From Escherichia phage BME3, in the sequence record PP239276.1: a stretch of 64,000 bases of DNA. One strand, given 5' to 3'. Positions 36,246 to 45,534 of this stretch are shown in pieces (within the stretch, counting starts at the first letter, position 1; each line of letters starts with the position of its first letter). The notes beneath the pieces are model-generated. The model did not search any database. It worked only from the letters and a program-made list of their open reading frames with translations, and was not told the origin of the DNA. The translations under genes and the position numbers were made by a program.

Positions 36246-37349
36246 ATGTCCAGTCCTTTTATCAGTGCCGTAAAAAGCAAACCGTCTGAAATGAGTGTAT
36301 TCACGGCAACAACAGAAAAAAGTAAGTCTTTGTTTGCTCCAAGTGCTATGGATGCAAGCCCTGTATATGCACCTGCTGTTGCACGACCTGTACAAATGCT
36401 GCCTCCAATGTCTCGTGAAGAGATTGAACAGGTTGGTGCTGATGCAGGACTTACTCTTCGTAACCTTAATGCTGAAGTGCTTAAACACCAGCGTTCATCT
36501 CAGGGAGATGAAATGAGTGAACGTTTAACTGCACTTATTAAGCAAGCAAAGCAACTTGATCCTAATTCTATTAAACAATCTAAAGGTTTAGGTAAGTTAG
36601 TTAAGAAAGTATTAGGTATGAAAGAAGATTTGTTTGGAGAATTTGACACCATCAATAATCGTATTGAAGGTTTGGTAAAGACACTCCAAACAGACTTGAA
36701 AAAAGAAGAAGATTCTTTACGATATCTGCAACGTTTAGAAGAGGCTATTGCAAAATATGCTCTTAGCTTAAACAGAGATATAGAGCTTCTAACAGCTACG
36801 TATGAAAAAGAAGAAGTTCGCCTTAATACACTACCTGAAAATGAAGTAGAAGAGCGTCAACGTACTCGTGATACTATGGATCTGCTTGAAATTCGTATTG
36901 CAGACCTGAAAGCATTACGTTTACTCTGTGTTCAGATGGGGCCACGTGTACAAAGTATGCAGAAAGTATCTGCAAGTTTGATGCGATCAGCACGTAACAT
37001 TGTGAATAATGTTATCCCTGCTTACTCTGCAAACTTTTCTATGTATATTGAAAGTCTACGCCAGAAGAAAGCAGCCGATACACAGAACAATGTACTGAAT
37101 GAATTTAATGCTGCTATTGCAATGGGTAGTGATCTGGCTGCACAAAACCAAATTGAAGCTACACAACTTGCTAATCGTCAAGTATTGGATATTGAAACAC
37201 TACGTCGCGATCAAGAAAACTTAGTTAAAATGTTGGAAGAAACTAACCGAATCAACACTGAAGCCCGTGCTGCTCGTATTGATTACATCCAAGAAGTGCA
37301 ATCTCTTGAAGATGGTATGATTCAAACTGTTAAACGTGGTCTACTTTAA
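36246..37349 (+). CDS. TelA-like toxic-anion-resistance family protein (tentative)
   Basis: 367 aa, long alpha-helical/coiled-coil; size and Ter context fit TelA/KlaB; motif support weak. Confidence 0.4.
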   Translation: MSSPFISAVKSKPSEMSVFTATTEKSKSLFAPSAMDASPVYAPAVARPVQMLPPMSREEIEQVGADAGLTLRNLNAEVLKHQRSSQGDEMSERLTALIKQAKQLDPNSIKQSKGLGKLVKKVLGMKEDLFGEFDTINNRIEGLVKTLQTDLKKEEDSLRYLQRLEEAIAKYALSLNRDIELLTATYEKEEVRLNTLPENEVEERQRTRDTMDLLEIRIADLKALRLLCVQMGPRVQSMQKVSASLMRSARNIVNNVIPAYSANFSMYIESLRQKKAADTQNNVLNEFNAAIAMGSDLAAQNQIEATQLANRQVLDIETLRRDQENLVKMLEETNRINTEARAARIDYIQEVQSLEDGMIQTVKRGLL

Positions 37350-37362
37350 GGAGAAATATATT

Positions 37363-37569
37363 ATGAATATTAAAATTTACAAACTGTCTGGTTCTATGAT
37401 TGCTGTCCAGTACGACAATGAAGATCGTTATGTTCTCCTCCAGGATGCTTGGTTAGATGATCCTAATGTATTCACTGTCCTGCGAGAACTACGTTCTGTC
37501 TATACCTATTCTTCTAAAGATGGTTTTGATAGTTCAACGATGGAATTGGTAAAAGAGGAGAATGTGTAA
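37363..37569 (+). CDS. hypothetical small protein
   Basis: ORF track trimmed to ATG 37363 with RBS aggaga. Confidence 0.5.
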   Translation: MNIKIYKLSGSMIAVQYDNEDRYVLLQDAWLDDPNVFTVLRELRSVYTYSSKDGFDSSTMELVKEENV

Positions 37570-37769
37570 TGAGTAAAGATATTCACTTAACTCGTGAAGA
37601 GTTACAAACCATTATGGAAGATGCTTTCATTGATGGTTGGAAACAAGGTCAAGAGTCAGATTGGTATGATGCCGAAGATTTTTTGTATTATCATATGACT
37701 GCACCTGTAGACGAGCAAACACACTCTGAAACAACTTTGGCTTTAATTGATCTTAAGGCTGGTGTATAA
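37569..37769 (+). CDS. hypothetical small acidic protein
   Basis: ORF track; ATGA coupling. Confidence 0.5.
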   Translation: MSKDIHLTREELQTIMEDAFIDGWKQGQESDWYDAEDFLYYHMTAPVDEQTHSETTLALIDLKAGV

Positions 37770-38332
37770 TGGGGTGTTTTAGTTTCTTGTGCAAAGAGTC
37801 TGGTAATGCTGCTCTTTCTACCTCTTTCGATGGCTCTCCTTGCTACCTATTTCTTTTGAAAGGTGGTAAAGTTGTTGAAGAGATGTATGGCAATTATGAT
37901 AGCTATGGTAGTGTTTTCTCTAACGAAGAAGATAAACATGGCAATCGTAAAAGATTCAAGTGGTCTATGCCTTGGGAAGAAGTTTGTAATTTGATGTTCT
38001 CTTCCGATCCTGGGGATGGTATCGCTATGATATTAGAAGAGCACTTTACAGGTGAGATCCCAACAGAAAGATCTGAAGAAGACCCTAACCAGGGCTGGGG
38101 TGATGGAGAAGAAGATCCAGATTGCTTCTTCAGTATTGAAAATAATAAATTTAAACGTGTTGACAATCCTTACCACAAAGTGCATAATACTTGCATTGAG
38201 ACAGAAGAAGACTCAAAGCTAGAAATTGAAGATGATTTAGTTGTAACTATCTCTTTAAACGAGTTACAAAAGATCACCAGAGAGGCTTTCTACTTAGGCT
38301 TGAGAGCAGGTAAAGGAGAAGACAGTGCTTAA
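37769..38332 (+). CDS. hypothetical acidic protein (187 aa)
   Basis: ORF track. Confidence 0.55.
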   Translation: MGCFSFLCKESGNAALSTSFDGSPCYLFLLKGGKVVEEMYGNYDSYGSVFSNEEDKHGNRKRFKWSMPWEEVCNLMFSSDPGDGIAMILEEHFTGEIPTERSEEDPNQGWGDGEEDPDCFFSIENNKFKRVDNPYHKVHNTCIETEEDSKLEIEDDLVVTISLNELQKITREAFYLGLRAGKGEDSA

Positions 38333-38594
38333 ATTTAATATCAAAGACGACAAATCAGATGAACCTAAATGTTTTGGAGAACTTGACGCAGGTGATACAT
38401 TCGTATATTATGTTGCCTATCAAGATGCTGGTTTAGATACGTTCAGAAACTTAGTGTTTATTAAGATTAATACAAACCAAGCAATGTGTCTGAACGGTTC
38501 ACAAAGAGGTCAACTTAACTGTATCTTATATGATACAGAAGTGGTAGAAGTGGATTTAGAAGTTACTAACATTACAGTCAGAAAGGAGAAATAA
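38325..38594 (+). CDS. hypothetical protein (GTG start)
   Basis: ORF track; RBS aggaga 5 nt upstream of GTG. Confidence 0.45.
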   Translation: MLKFNIKDDKSDEPKCFGELDAGDTFVYYVAYQDAGLDTFRNLVFIKINTNQAMCLNGSQRGQLNCILYDTEVVEVDLEVTNITVRKEK

Positions 38595-38595
38595 T

Positions 38596-39390
38596 ATGTC
38601 CAATAAAATCAGTCTTAAAAAACGTCAAGAAACTCTTACTGTATCTCTGCGTAAGAAAAAGATTAACGATGTTGTTCTTCGTGTCGGTAGCGCCTTAGAT
38701 ATTTCGGGCAGTATGTGTGAACTGTATCGTGATGGCACTGTTAGTGATTTTGTAGGTAAACTGCTGCCGTTTGGTATGAAGTTTGATGATAATGCACAGA
38801 TTGACATGTGGGCTTTCAATAGTTCTTCTTTTGAACTGCCTCCTGCAACGGCTGATGTGTATGATGATTATGTCGGCTCTTGCATGTCTAATGTTTGCAT
38901 CAACGGTGGTACAGCCTATGCTCCAGTAATGCAAGAGATCTATGATACATACTTCGGTAGTGTACCTATGAAAAATATTACACGCGAAGTCGTTGAGTAT
39001 GAAGAAGTTCCGGCTAAAGGTTTCCTTGCTAAACTAACTGGTAAAAAAGAACTTGTAGAAGTAACACGTACTATTGTAGAACAGGTTGTAGATACTGATG
39101 CACAAGTTGATCGTACTCCTGCAATGATTTTCTTCCAAACTGATGGGGAGAACATGGATACTTCAGCAGTACGTAGCTTACTGAACAAACACCGCAACAC
39201 GCCTGTTTACTGGTTTATGGTCGGTGTAGGTAATGCAAACTTTAAATTCCTGAAAGACTTGGCAAAAGAATACGATAATGTTGATTTTATCGGTATTGCA
39301 GATTTGTCCTTGTCTGATGAAGAACTTTACGATAAACTGTTATCCGAAGAGTTTGGTGAGTGGGTTAAAAAATTCGGAGCAAAAGCGTAA
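38596..39390 (+). CDS. von Willebrand factor A (vWA) protein, TerY-like
   Basis: MIDAS residues DISGSM ... TAY ... QTDGEN; N-terminus ISLKK resembles TerD N-terminus. Confidence 0.7.
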   Translation: MSNKISLKKRQETLTVSLRKKKINDVVLRVGSALDISGSMCELYRDGTVSDFVGKLLPFGMKFDDNAQIDMWAFNSSSFELPPATADVYDDYVGSCMSNVCINGGTAYAPVMQEIYDTYFGSVPMKNITREVVEYEEVPAKGFLAKLTGKKELVEVTRTIVEQVVDTDAQVDRTPAMIFFQTDGENMDTSAVRSLLNKHRNTPVYWFMVGVGNANFKFLKDLAKEYDNVDFIGIADLSLSDEELYDKLLSEEFGEWVKKFGAKA

Positions 39391-39462
39391 AAAACGCTTG
39401 ACTTTGTAGAAAAGATTAGTAAAATAGACAACGTAAATTAACAACAAAGGAGATAATAAATT

Positions 39463-40059
39463 ATGACTCAGAAAATTTCCCTGAAAAAAGGTTCTAGCGA
39501 AAAAATTTCTCTGAAAAAGATCGCACCAGCACTGAAACGCATTCGCCTGGAATTCTCTTGGAAATCTAACGAAAAACTGGATCTGGATGTTAGTGCTCTG
39601 ATTTGCCGACACAATGCATCTGGTCTGCCGGAACTGTTGTCTCCTCGTCACCTGGTGTGCTACGCGCAGAAATTTGATCCTGAACGTTCTACTTTTGCAG
39701 GTGAAGATGTTCGTGATGGTGTAGGGCAGATGGAACAGATTGATGTTACACTGGATAATATCTCTGCTGAAGCACAGGAAATTGCATTCGTAATTACTAT
39801 TGATGATGAAACGGGTAAGAAACGCCTTGGTCACGCTACCGAAGGTTTCCTTAAAATCTTCGATGATGAACGTAATGTTGAACTGCTGGACTTTGACTTC
39901 TTGGCCCCAGAACTTGCAGGTAACACCATTTGCCACGTTGCCTCCCTGGTGCGGGAAGATAGCGAATGGAAACTGAAAGCATATGGTGTAGGTAAAGCTG
40001 GGCTTGACATTTACGATGTAGTTAAAGCGTTTGGCGCTGGCGACGATTGGTTCGAGTAA
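39463..40059 (+). CDS. terD: TerD-domain protein
   Basis: Matches E. coli TerD across length: ISLKK, DLDVSALIC, AGEDVRDG, IAFVITIDD, SEWKLKAYGVG. Confidence 0.85.
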   Translation: MTQKISLKKGSSEKISLKKIAPALKRIRLEFSWKSNEKLDLDVSALICRHNASGLPELLSPRHLVCYAQKFDPERSTFAGEDVRDGVGQMEQIDVTLDNISAEAQEIAFVITIDDETGKKRLGHATEGFLKIFDDERNVELLDFDFLAPELAGNTICHVASLVREDSEWKLKAYGVGKAGLDIYDVVKAFGAGDDWFE

Positions 40060-40079
40060 TAAGTCAAGTAATAAATCAT

Positions 40080-40100
40080 AGCGCCCTTCGGGGCGCATAT
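40080..40100 (+). terminator. hairpin agcgccc-ttcg-gggcgc after terD
   Basis: GC stem; A/T-rich tail. Confidence 0.45.
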
Positions 40101-40123
40101 TTAAAATAAAAGAGGAGAAAACA

Positions 40124-40726
40124 ATGAGTATTACTTTAGAAGGTCAAAAACTTATTCGCAGCGGCAATTTTCTTGTAGATATTGACAACAATGAAGATTA
40201 TGCTTTAGAAGTTAGTGATGTGCTGTTTGATGCTTTGCAGTCTGGTTTCAATTTTGAAGTTTATGAAGTAATCCGTGGAACTAAACTCAGAGAAACCCTT
40301 GGATCATCTAGTGATGTTTATTCGGCAATCTGGCAATATTTCGGGTTAATGGATGGTAAGACATATCTTACTGATAGTTATTCTGAAGATGTTGTTTATC
40401 TTGATATGGAAGAGTTTCGTCGTCTGTTCAAAAGTGAAGAAAATGAAGAAGAGGGTGAACTTTTTGAAGGAATTACTCTCGAAGGTAATGTTGAAATTGT
40501 GTATAAAGCAGGAAAAACATTCCACTTACGTGAAAACGGTAAAGCAAAAGTTGATTTTGTAAACAAGACAGTGACAACTGAACATAATTATCTTAAAGAT
40601 GGTCAACCAGCTTTTGAACGTGTAAAAATTAAATTTAAAGTGTTATCTGCACTAGTCACGGATCAAGAACGTATTGATTTTGTAGAAGATGGTGTAGTAA
40701 CTCATACAAAGGTTTACAATATCTAA
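40124..40726 (+). CDS. hypothetical protein (200 aa)
   Basis: ORF track; RBS agaggag. Confidence 0.6.
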   Translation: MSITLEGQKLIRSGNFLVDIDNNEDYALEVSDVLFDALQSGFNFEVYEVIRGTKLRETLGSSSDVYSAIWQYFGLMDGKTYLTDSYSEDVVYLDMEEFRRLFKSEENEEEGELFEGITLEGNVEIVYKAGKTFHLRENGKAKVDFVNKTVTTEHNYLKDGQPAFERVKIKFKVLSALVTDQERIDFVEDGVVTHTKVYNI

Positions 40727-40818
40727 CAGAGTGTAAGAGGGGGATAGTCCCCCTCCACTTGCAAAATAGCCTCTTCTGTGTTACAATAAAAGTTCGTTTA
40801 ACAAAATAGGAGGCAAGT

Positions 40819-41328
40819 TTGTCAATAAAAACCTTTGTCGCAATTGCGTTACTATCCTTAACTGCTTTTACATTTACACCTGTTGTGGCGCAAGCCGAAG
40901 CTGCAAACGTAAAAACTGCTAAAGTAGTTCACAAGTGTACAAAGCGTGATAGTAAAGAAAATCTATTAGCTTGTGCAATCTATGCAGAAAGTCGTAATCA
41001 AGGAAAGCGCGGTATGTCTGCTGTTGGTAATGTAGTATTGAACAGGGCAAGAGATTCATATTTCCCTGATACTATAAAAGAAGTTTTGTTTCAAAAAGGA
41101 CAATTCTCTTACACGAAGACATTCAACGTTATGGAACACGATAAGTGGAAGGAAGCTAAGGCTATAGCAGAACGTCTACTTTATCTCGAAAACCATTTTC
41201 CAGAATTACGAATTGCATTAGATATTACAAAAGGAGCATTATACTTTAAAAAATCTACAATAAAAGCACACTGGGAAAAAGATATGGTTCTAGTGTACCG
41301 CTACAAAGAACATCAATTCTATCGCTAA
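40819..41328 (+). CDS. SleB/CwlJ-like cell-wall hydrolase with signal peptide
   Basis: AIYAESRNQG...VVLNRARDSYFPDTIKEVLFQKGQFS matches Hydrolase_2 pattern; TTG start after RBS aggagg. Confidence 0.7.
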   Translation: MSIKTFVAIALLSLTAFTFTPVVAQAEAANVKTAKVVHKCTKRDSKENLLACAIYAESRNQGKRGMSAVGNVVLNRARDSYFPDTIKEVLFQKGQFSYTKTFNVMEHDKWKEAKAIAERLLYLENHFPELRIALDITKGALYFKKSTIKAHWEKDMVLVYRYKEHQFYR

Positions 41329-41338
41329 GGAGATATAG

Positions 41339-41617
41339 ATGAAAGATGGCGTTATCGTTGCAAGTTATCTTGTTATTGGTCTTACAGAAGAGGATGTACA
41401 TTACATTAGGAAACATTTAGAACAGTTTGCAATGATGTTCATCGAAGACGAAGACAATGTGGATGTTTATTCAATTGAAATGATCAATGATAACGTCTAT
41501 CCTTGTATAGCTTTACGAGTCGATGAAGATGTTTGGGAACGTTTTTCACGTAGTCACGATAATGTTGAATGTTCTATGGTTATGTCACAAAACAACATAC
41601 TGGGAGTGTTACACTGA
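41339..41617 (+). CDS. hypothetical protein (92 aa)
   Basis: ORF track. Confidence 0.5.
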   Translation: MKDGVIVASYLVIGLTEEDVHYIRKHLEQFAMMFIEDEDNVDVYSIEMINDNVYPCIALRVDEDVWERFSRSHDNVECSMVMSQNNILGVLH

Positions 41618-41847
41618 TGGCTGATGTTATTGAAGTTAACTTTAAAACAAAAAAGAAAGTTGATAAGTATACAATCTTAAAAAATATTTGCGTTGTGTGC
41701 TTTAATTCTGTAATATATGACTCACGTAAGGGCGAAAATGAAAATGAACCTTACATCCAGATTTCTAAAGGTAAAGGGCAGTGTATCTGCAAAAACTGTG
41801 CTGTAGCAATTAAGGAGGTTGTAGATGAAAACCATTGGGATCAATGA
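41617..41847 (+). CDS. small CxxC zinc-ribbon-like protein
   Basis: ORF track 41569..41847 trimmed to ATG 41617 (TGATG overlap); CVVCF and CICKNC. Confidence 0.45.
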   Translation: MADVIEVNFKTKKKVDKYTILKNICVVCFNSVIYDSRKGENENEPYIQISKGKGQCICKNCAVAIKEVVDENHWDQ

Positions 41848-42019
41848 TACTGGTGAAGTTGTAAAATCTTGGGATGATCTTAGTGGTATCCCTACAGATA
41901 AACTGATTAAACTGCGTGATGTTTGTCGTGATCATCTTAATGAAACATATAAAGAGTATATGGAAGCACGAGATCACAGTTTAGCTATCCAAATGGAACT
42001 CGCAAAACGTAATCAATAG
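41825..42019 (+). CDS. hypothetical protein (64 aa)
   Basis: ORF track; RBS ggagg. Confidence 0.45.
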   Translation: MKTIGINDTGEVVKSWDDLSGIPTDKLIKLRDVCRDHLNETYKEYMEARDHSLAIQMELAKRNQ

Positions 42020-42076
42020 GTAAAACCATTTGGACTTTTTAGTCTAAAAATGCTAAAGTAATAATACGGAGGGAGT

Positions 42077-42640
42077 ATGATATTTCACATAACTCCCTAT
42101 CTTTCTGGAGATATTGGAAAAGGTATCAATGACACAATAAGTGTCTTACCAGAAGATAGTTGGATTTGCCTAAGAGACATTGATACAATGTTTCTTCTTC
42201 CAGAACAACCTGCTTGGTTGGAATCAATAGTCCGTTCAAATCCTGATTTTGATGTTCTTGGTGCATCTTGTAATAGGTTGGGATCAACATATCAATTATT
42301 TAATAATGAAAGAAGTGAAGATCCAAATATATTACACCACATTGAGATTGCAAAAAGAGCACATCTAGAATGGGGGAACTCAATAGAGGAAGTACCTACA
42401 GATGCTATCTTAGCAGGATTCTTTCTTCTCTTTCGTAAGAGTCTGTGGAATGAAATCCCTTTTGAGGAAAGATCAATACAGTTTGATATAATTTTCTCTA
42501 AAGCATTACACGCTAACAATAAAAGGCTAGGTTTACTACGTGGGTTATATTTATTTCACACATACCGTTTAGGTAATGATGATCCTAGAAAAGCTGTTTC
42601 ACACCTTTTACATTGTCAAGACATGAATAAAATTATTTAA
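42077..42640 (+). CDS. putative GT-A-fold glycosyltransferase-like protein
   Basis: RDID (DxD-like) near N-terminus; weak. Confidence 0.35.
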   Translation: MIFHITPYLSGDIGKGINDTISVLPEDSWICLRDIDTMFLLPEQPAWLESIVRSNPDFDVLGASCNRLGSTYQLFNNERSEDPNILHHIEIAKRAHLEWGNSIEEVPTDAILAGFFLLFRKSLWNEIPFEERSIQFDIIFSKALHANNKRLGLLRGLYLFHTYRLGNDDPRKAVSHLLHCQDMNKII

Positions 42641-42649
42641 GGAGTTATT

Positions 42650-43336
42650 TTGGAAAATACAAAAATTGGTGTTGGTGTTATTACTGTAGGTAAGCGTCCT
42701 CTTAAAGATTATCTTGTGACTGATCCTAATGCTACTTTTGTTGTACAGTATGATCGGGAACGAAAAGGTGTTGCATATGCCCGTAATGAACTGATGAAAA
42801 AGTTTTATGATGAAGGGTATGATTACTGGTTTATCTTTGATGATGATTGCTATCCGGTTGTGCCAGGTTGGGAAACATATTTTGTAAAACAGGCTAAGGA
42901 AAATGGCTGGGATTTCTTTGGTATGCCTGAATACTTTAAAGATAAAGTAAAAGGTATTGAAGGTGAAGTGGTTATTTGGGAACTAGGCATGTGCCAGTTT
43001 GGTATGTATTCCCGTGCAGTTATTGAGAAAGCTGGCTATTTCCGTTCATACACCCACGGTTACGGATATGAAGATGCAGAGTGGATTCAGCGTGTTCCAC
43101 TGGCAGGTTTGAACCGAGGTATTCACGGCGTACCATGTCCTATTCGAATTATGGCGTTTATCCATCCTGACGATGTGTTTGGAGATAATCCTTTACCTTT
43201 TGCGAATCTGTCAAAAGAAGAGAAAGAACAGGGGATTGGTGTAAACTGGGAACAATATAAACAATCACTGGAGGATCTTCGCAATGGTAAAACTTTTATC
43301 TCTTATGAGGAGGCTCAAAAATATGGTAAATCCTAA
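42650..43336 (+). CDS. putative GT-A-fold glycosyltransferase
   Basis: WFIFDDDCYP DxD motif after a predicted Rossmann-like N-terminus. Confidence 0.5.
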   Translation: MENTKIGVGVITVGKRPLKDYLVTDPNATFVVQYDRERKGVAYARNELMKKFYDEGYDYWFIFDDDCYPVVPGWETYFVKQAKENGWDFFGMPEYFKDKVKGIEGEVVIWELGMCQFGMYSRAVIEKAGYFRSYTHGYGYEDAEWIQRVPLAGLNRGIHGVPCPIRIMAFIHPDDVFGDNPLPFANLSKEEKEQGIGVNWEQYKQSLEDLRNGKTFISYEEAQKYGKS

Positions 43337-44297
43337 TACTCCTGTACTTAAGTGTGATAATAAGTTAGGCAGTGGTTGTGATTACCATCGTATTGTAATG
43401 CCATTTGCGGGAAATACGTTTAAGCCTAAGAAAGACGTTTTAGTTTTTAATAGAGTGTATTCTCGTGGATCAGACGAAGTTAAACGCCTGAAGGCACAAG
43501 GTGTTAAGATTATTGTAGACTTAGATGATTTTTATTCACTTAACCCTGAACATTATATGGCTGGCGTATTTAGTAATCACTCAAAGACTATTGTAGAGAT
43601 GATTAAGTTAGCAGATGTTGTTACTGTGACAACAGAATACCTAGCTTACAAAATTCGTCATTTAAACCGTAATGTTGTCGTTATTAGAAACGCACTGCCT
43701 TACGACGAAGGTCAATTTACTTTGACAAAAGACCGTTATTCTGACACGCCTATTATTTGGGCTGGAGGGGCGAGCCATGAGCCTGACTTATCTCTTGTGG
43801 CTAATACATTTGATGATACACTATTGACAATTGCAGGGTATGAAGTGTATCCTTCTGCACCTGTTGGAAATAATAGTCAGTATCTAACTACTGCGGAGTG
43901 GGTTAAAGTCAAACGTAAAATTCCAAATGCACAGTATAAACCAGCTATTAAAAATTTAGGTGAGTATATGTCTGTGTATGACGGTCACAGTATTGCAATT
44001 GCTCCTCTGGTAGATAACGACTTCAACAACTGTAAAAGTAATTTGAAGATTTTGGAAGCAGGTGCAAAGGGTCTTCCTATTATCTGTTCTCCTGTGCTGC
44101 CGTACTTCAATCCGGTAGATGCAAAGGCTGTTATCTATGCAGATTCTAAAGCATCTTGGCATTATGAAGTTGTCAAGCTAATGAGGAACCCTAGATACAC
44201 AGAAGATCGTGGTATGATGCTTGCAGAACACGTTCGTCTTAATTATAATCTTGCAGATGCCAATGAACTGCGTCGTCAAGTTATTGAAAGTCTTTAA
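43323..44297 (+). CDS. putative GT-B-fold glycosyltransferase (paralog 1)
   Basis: C-terminal KSNLKILEAGAKGLPIICSP sugar-nucleotide-binding-like motif; collinear with 44309..45253. Confidence 0.45.
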   Translation: MVNPNTPVLKCDNKLGSGCDYHRIVMPFAGNTFKPKKDVLVFNRVYSRGSDEVKRLKAQGVKIIVDLDDFYSLNPEHYMAGVFSNHSKTIVEMIKLADVVTVTTEYLAYKIRHLNRNVVVIRNALPYDEGQFTLTKDRYSDTPIIWAGGASHEPDLSLVANTFDDTLLTIAGYEVYPSAPVGNNSQYLTTAEWVKVKRKIPNAQYKPAIKNLGEYMSVYDGHSIAIAPLVDNDFNNCKSNLKILEAGAKGLPIICSPVLPYFNPVDAKAVIYADSKASWHYEVVKLMRNPRYTEDRGMMLAEHVRLNYNLADANELRRQVIESL

Positions 44298-44308
44298 TAA
44301 GGAGCGAT

Positions 44309-45253
44309 ATGCCTAATATTATTCTTGACACACGCGGAAATGAAAAGTATAGTGTATGTGATTTTCATAGAATCATTTTGCCATATAAACGCAAGCTGAC
44401 CATTAATCCTAAGCATAATATTTTTGTGTTCAATGGAGTACCAACACGTGGGAAGCCAGGTTTCCTGGCTCTTAAACAACTTGGGTTTAAATTGGTAATG
44501 GATCTGGATGATTCTTTAATTATTCCTGAAGGGCATATGCTTGAAGGATTATTTGAAAATCAAATCCGAGATGACCTAAAATGGTTCCTTGAAAGAAGCG
44601 ATCTTGTAACTACAACAACTCCAGCATTAAAGGTTGAATTAAGCCAATACAATGATAATGTACATATTGTGCCTAACGGACTACCTTTTGATGAAGGACA
44701 GTTTGTTCTTACGAAAGATCGTTATTCTAAAAGTCCACTGGTTTGGGCGGGAAGTGAAACACATAAACATGATTTAGCTATTCTTCCTAGTTTTGGTAAA
44801 GATTTAACTTTATGTGGATTTCGTAGAGATCACGAAGAGTTAAGTAGTGCTCAATGGTTGCAAATTAAAGAAGATATTCAACCAGATTGTGTTTATGAAG
44901 GTATTCGTCCTTATGAGTGTTATATGGAAGCATACGATGGTCATCAAATCTCTATAGCTCCATTAGTAAATAATCATTTTAATAATGCCAAAAGTAATTT
45001 AAAAATTCTTGAAGCTGGTGCTAAAGGTTTGCCACTCGTTTGTTCACCACGAGAGAACTACTATACTGAAGAATTTAAAGATCTAATCTTCTTTGCTGAT
45101 TCAGTTAAAGAGTGGAAAGATATTGTAGAATACTTAATCGAATCTCCTGATGTTTGTATTGAGAAAGGATTGGCTCTTGCTAAGTATGTAAGAGATAACT
45201 ACAATATTGATGATTTAAATGAAACCCGCAGACTGCTTATCGAGGATTTATAA
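44309..45253 (+). CDS. putative GT-B-fold glycosyltransferase (paralog 2)
   Basis: KSNLKILEAGAKGLPLVCSP; shared CDxHRI(V/I) N-terminus with paralog 1. Confidence 0.45.
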   Translation: MPNIILDTRGNEKYSVCDFHRIILPYKRKLTINPKHNIFVFNGVPTRGKPGFLALKQLGFKLVMDLDDSLIIPEGHMLEGLFENQIRDDLKWFLERSDLVTTTTPALKVELSQYNDNVHIVPNGLPFDEGQFVLTKDRYSKSPLVWAGSETHKHDLAILPSFGKDLTLCGFRRDHEELSSAQWLQIKEDIQPDCVYEGIRPYECYMEAYDGHQISIAPLVNNHFNNAKSNLKILEAGAKGLPLVCSPRENYYTEEFKDLIFFADSVKEWKDIVEYLIESPDVCIEKGLALAKYVRDNYNIDDLNETRRLLIEDL

Positions 45254-45522
45254 TGAACACTTTTGATTTTGAGTATAAACAAGATAATAAAGAACCTATT
45301 ATTGTTGAAGTAGATTACTATTATGAAGAACCTAATCCTTTCTCACGAGAAAGTGATTGGGATTATTATGGTGGTCTTATTGTTGATGGTATTAGATTTT
45401 ATTCTGGTACAAAAGAACTTTTTGATATAGATATTTCCCCATCGGAAATTGTTTACCAATTTAAGAAACATATGGAAGATTTGGAAATGCAATATATTAT
45501 GGAGACAAACGAATCATTTTAG
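45253..45522 (+). CDS. hypothetical protein (89 aa)
   Basis: ORF track. Confidence 0.5.
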   Translation: MNTFDFEYKQDNKEPIIVEVDYYYEEPNPFSRESDWDYYGGLIVDGIRFYSGTKELFDIDISPSEIVYQFKKHMEDLEMQYIMETNESF

Positions 45523-45534
45523 TAGGAGAATCAT

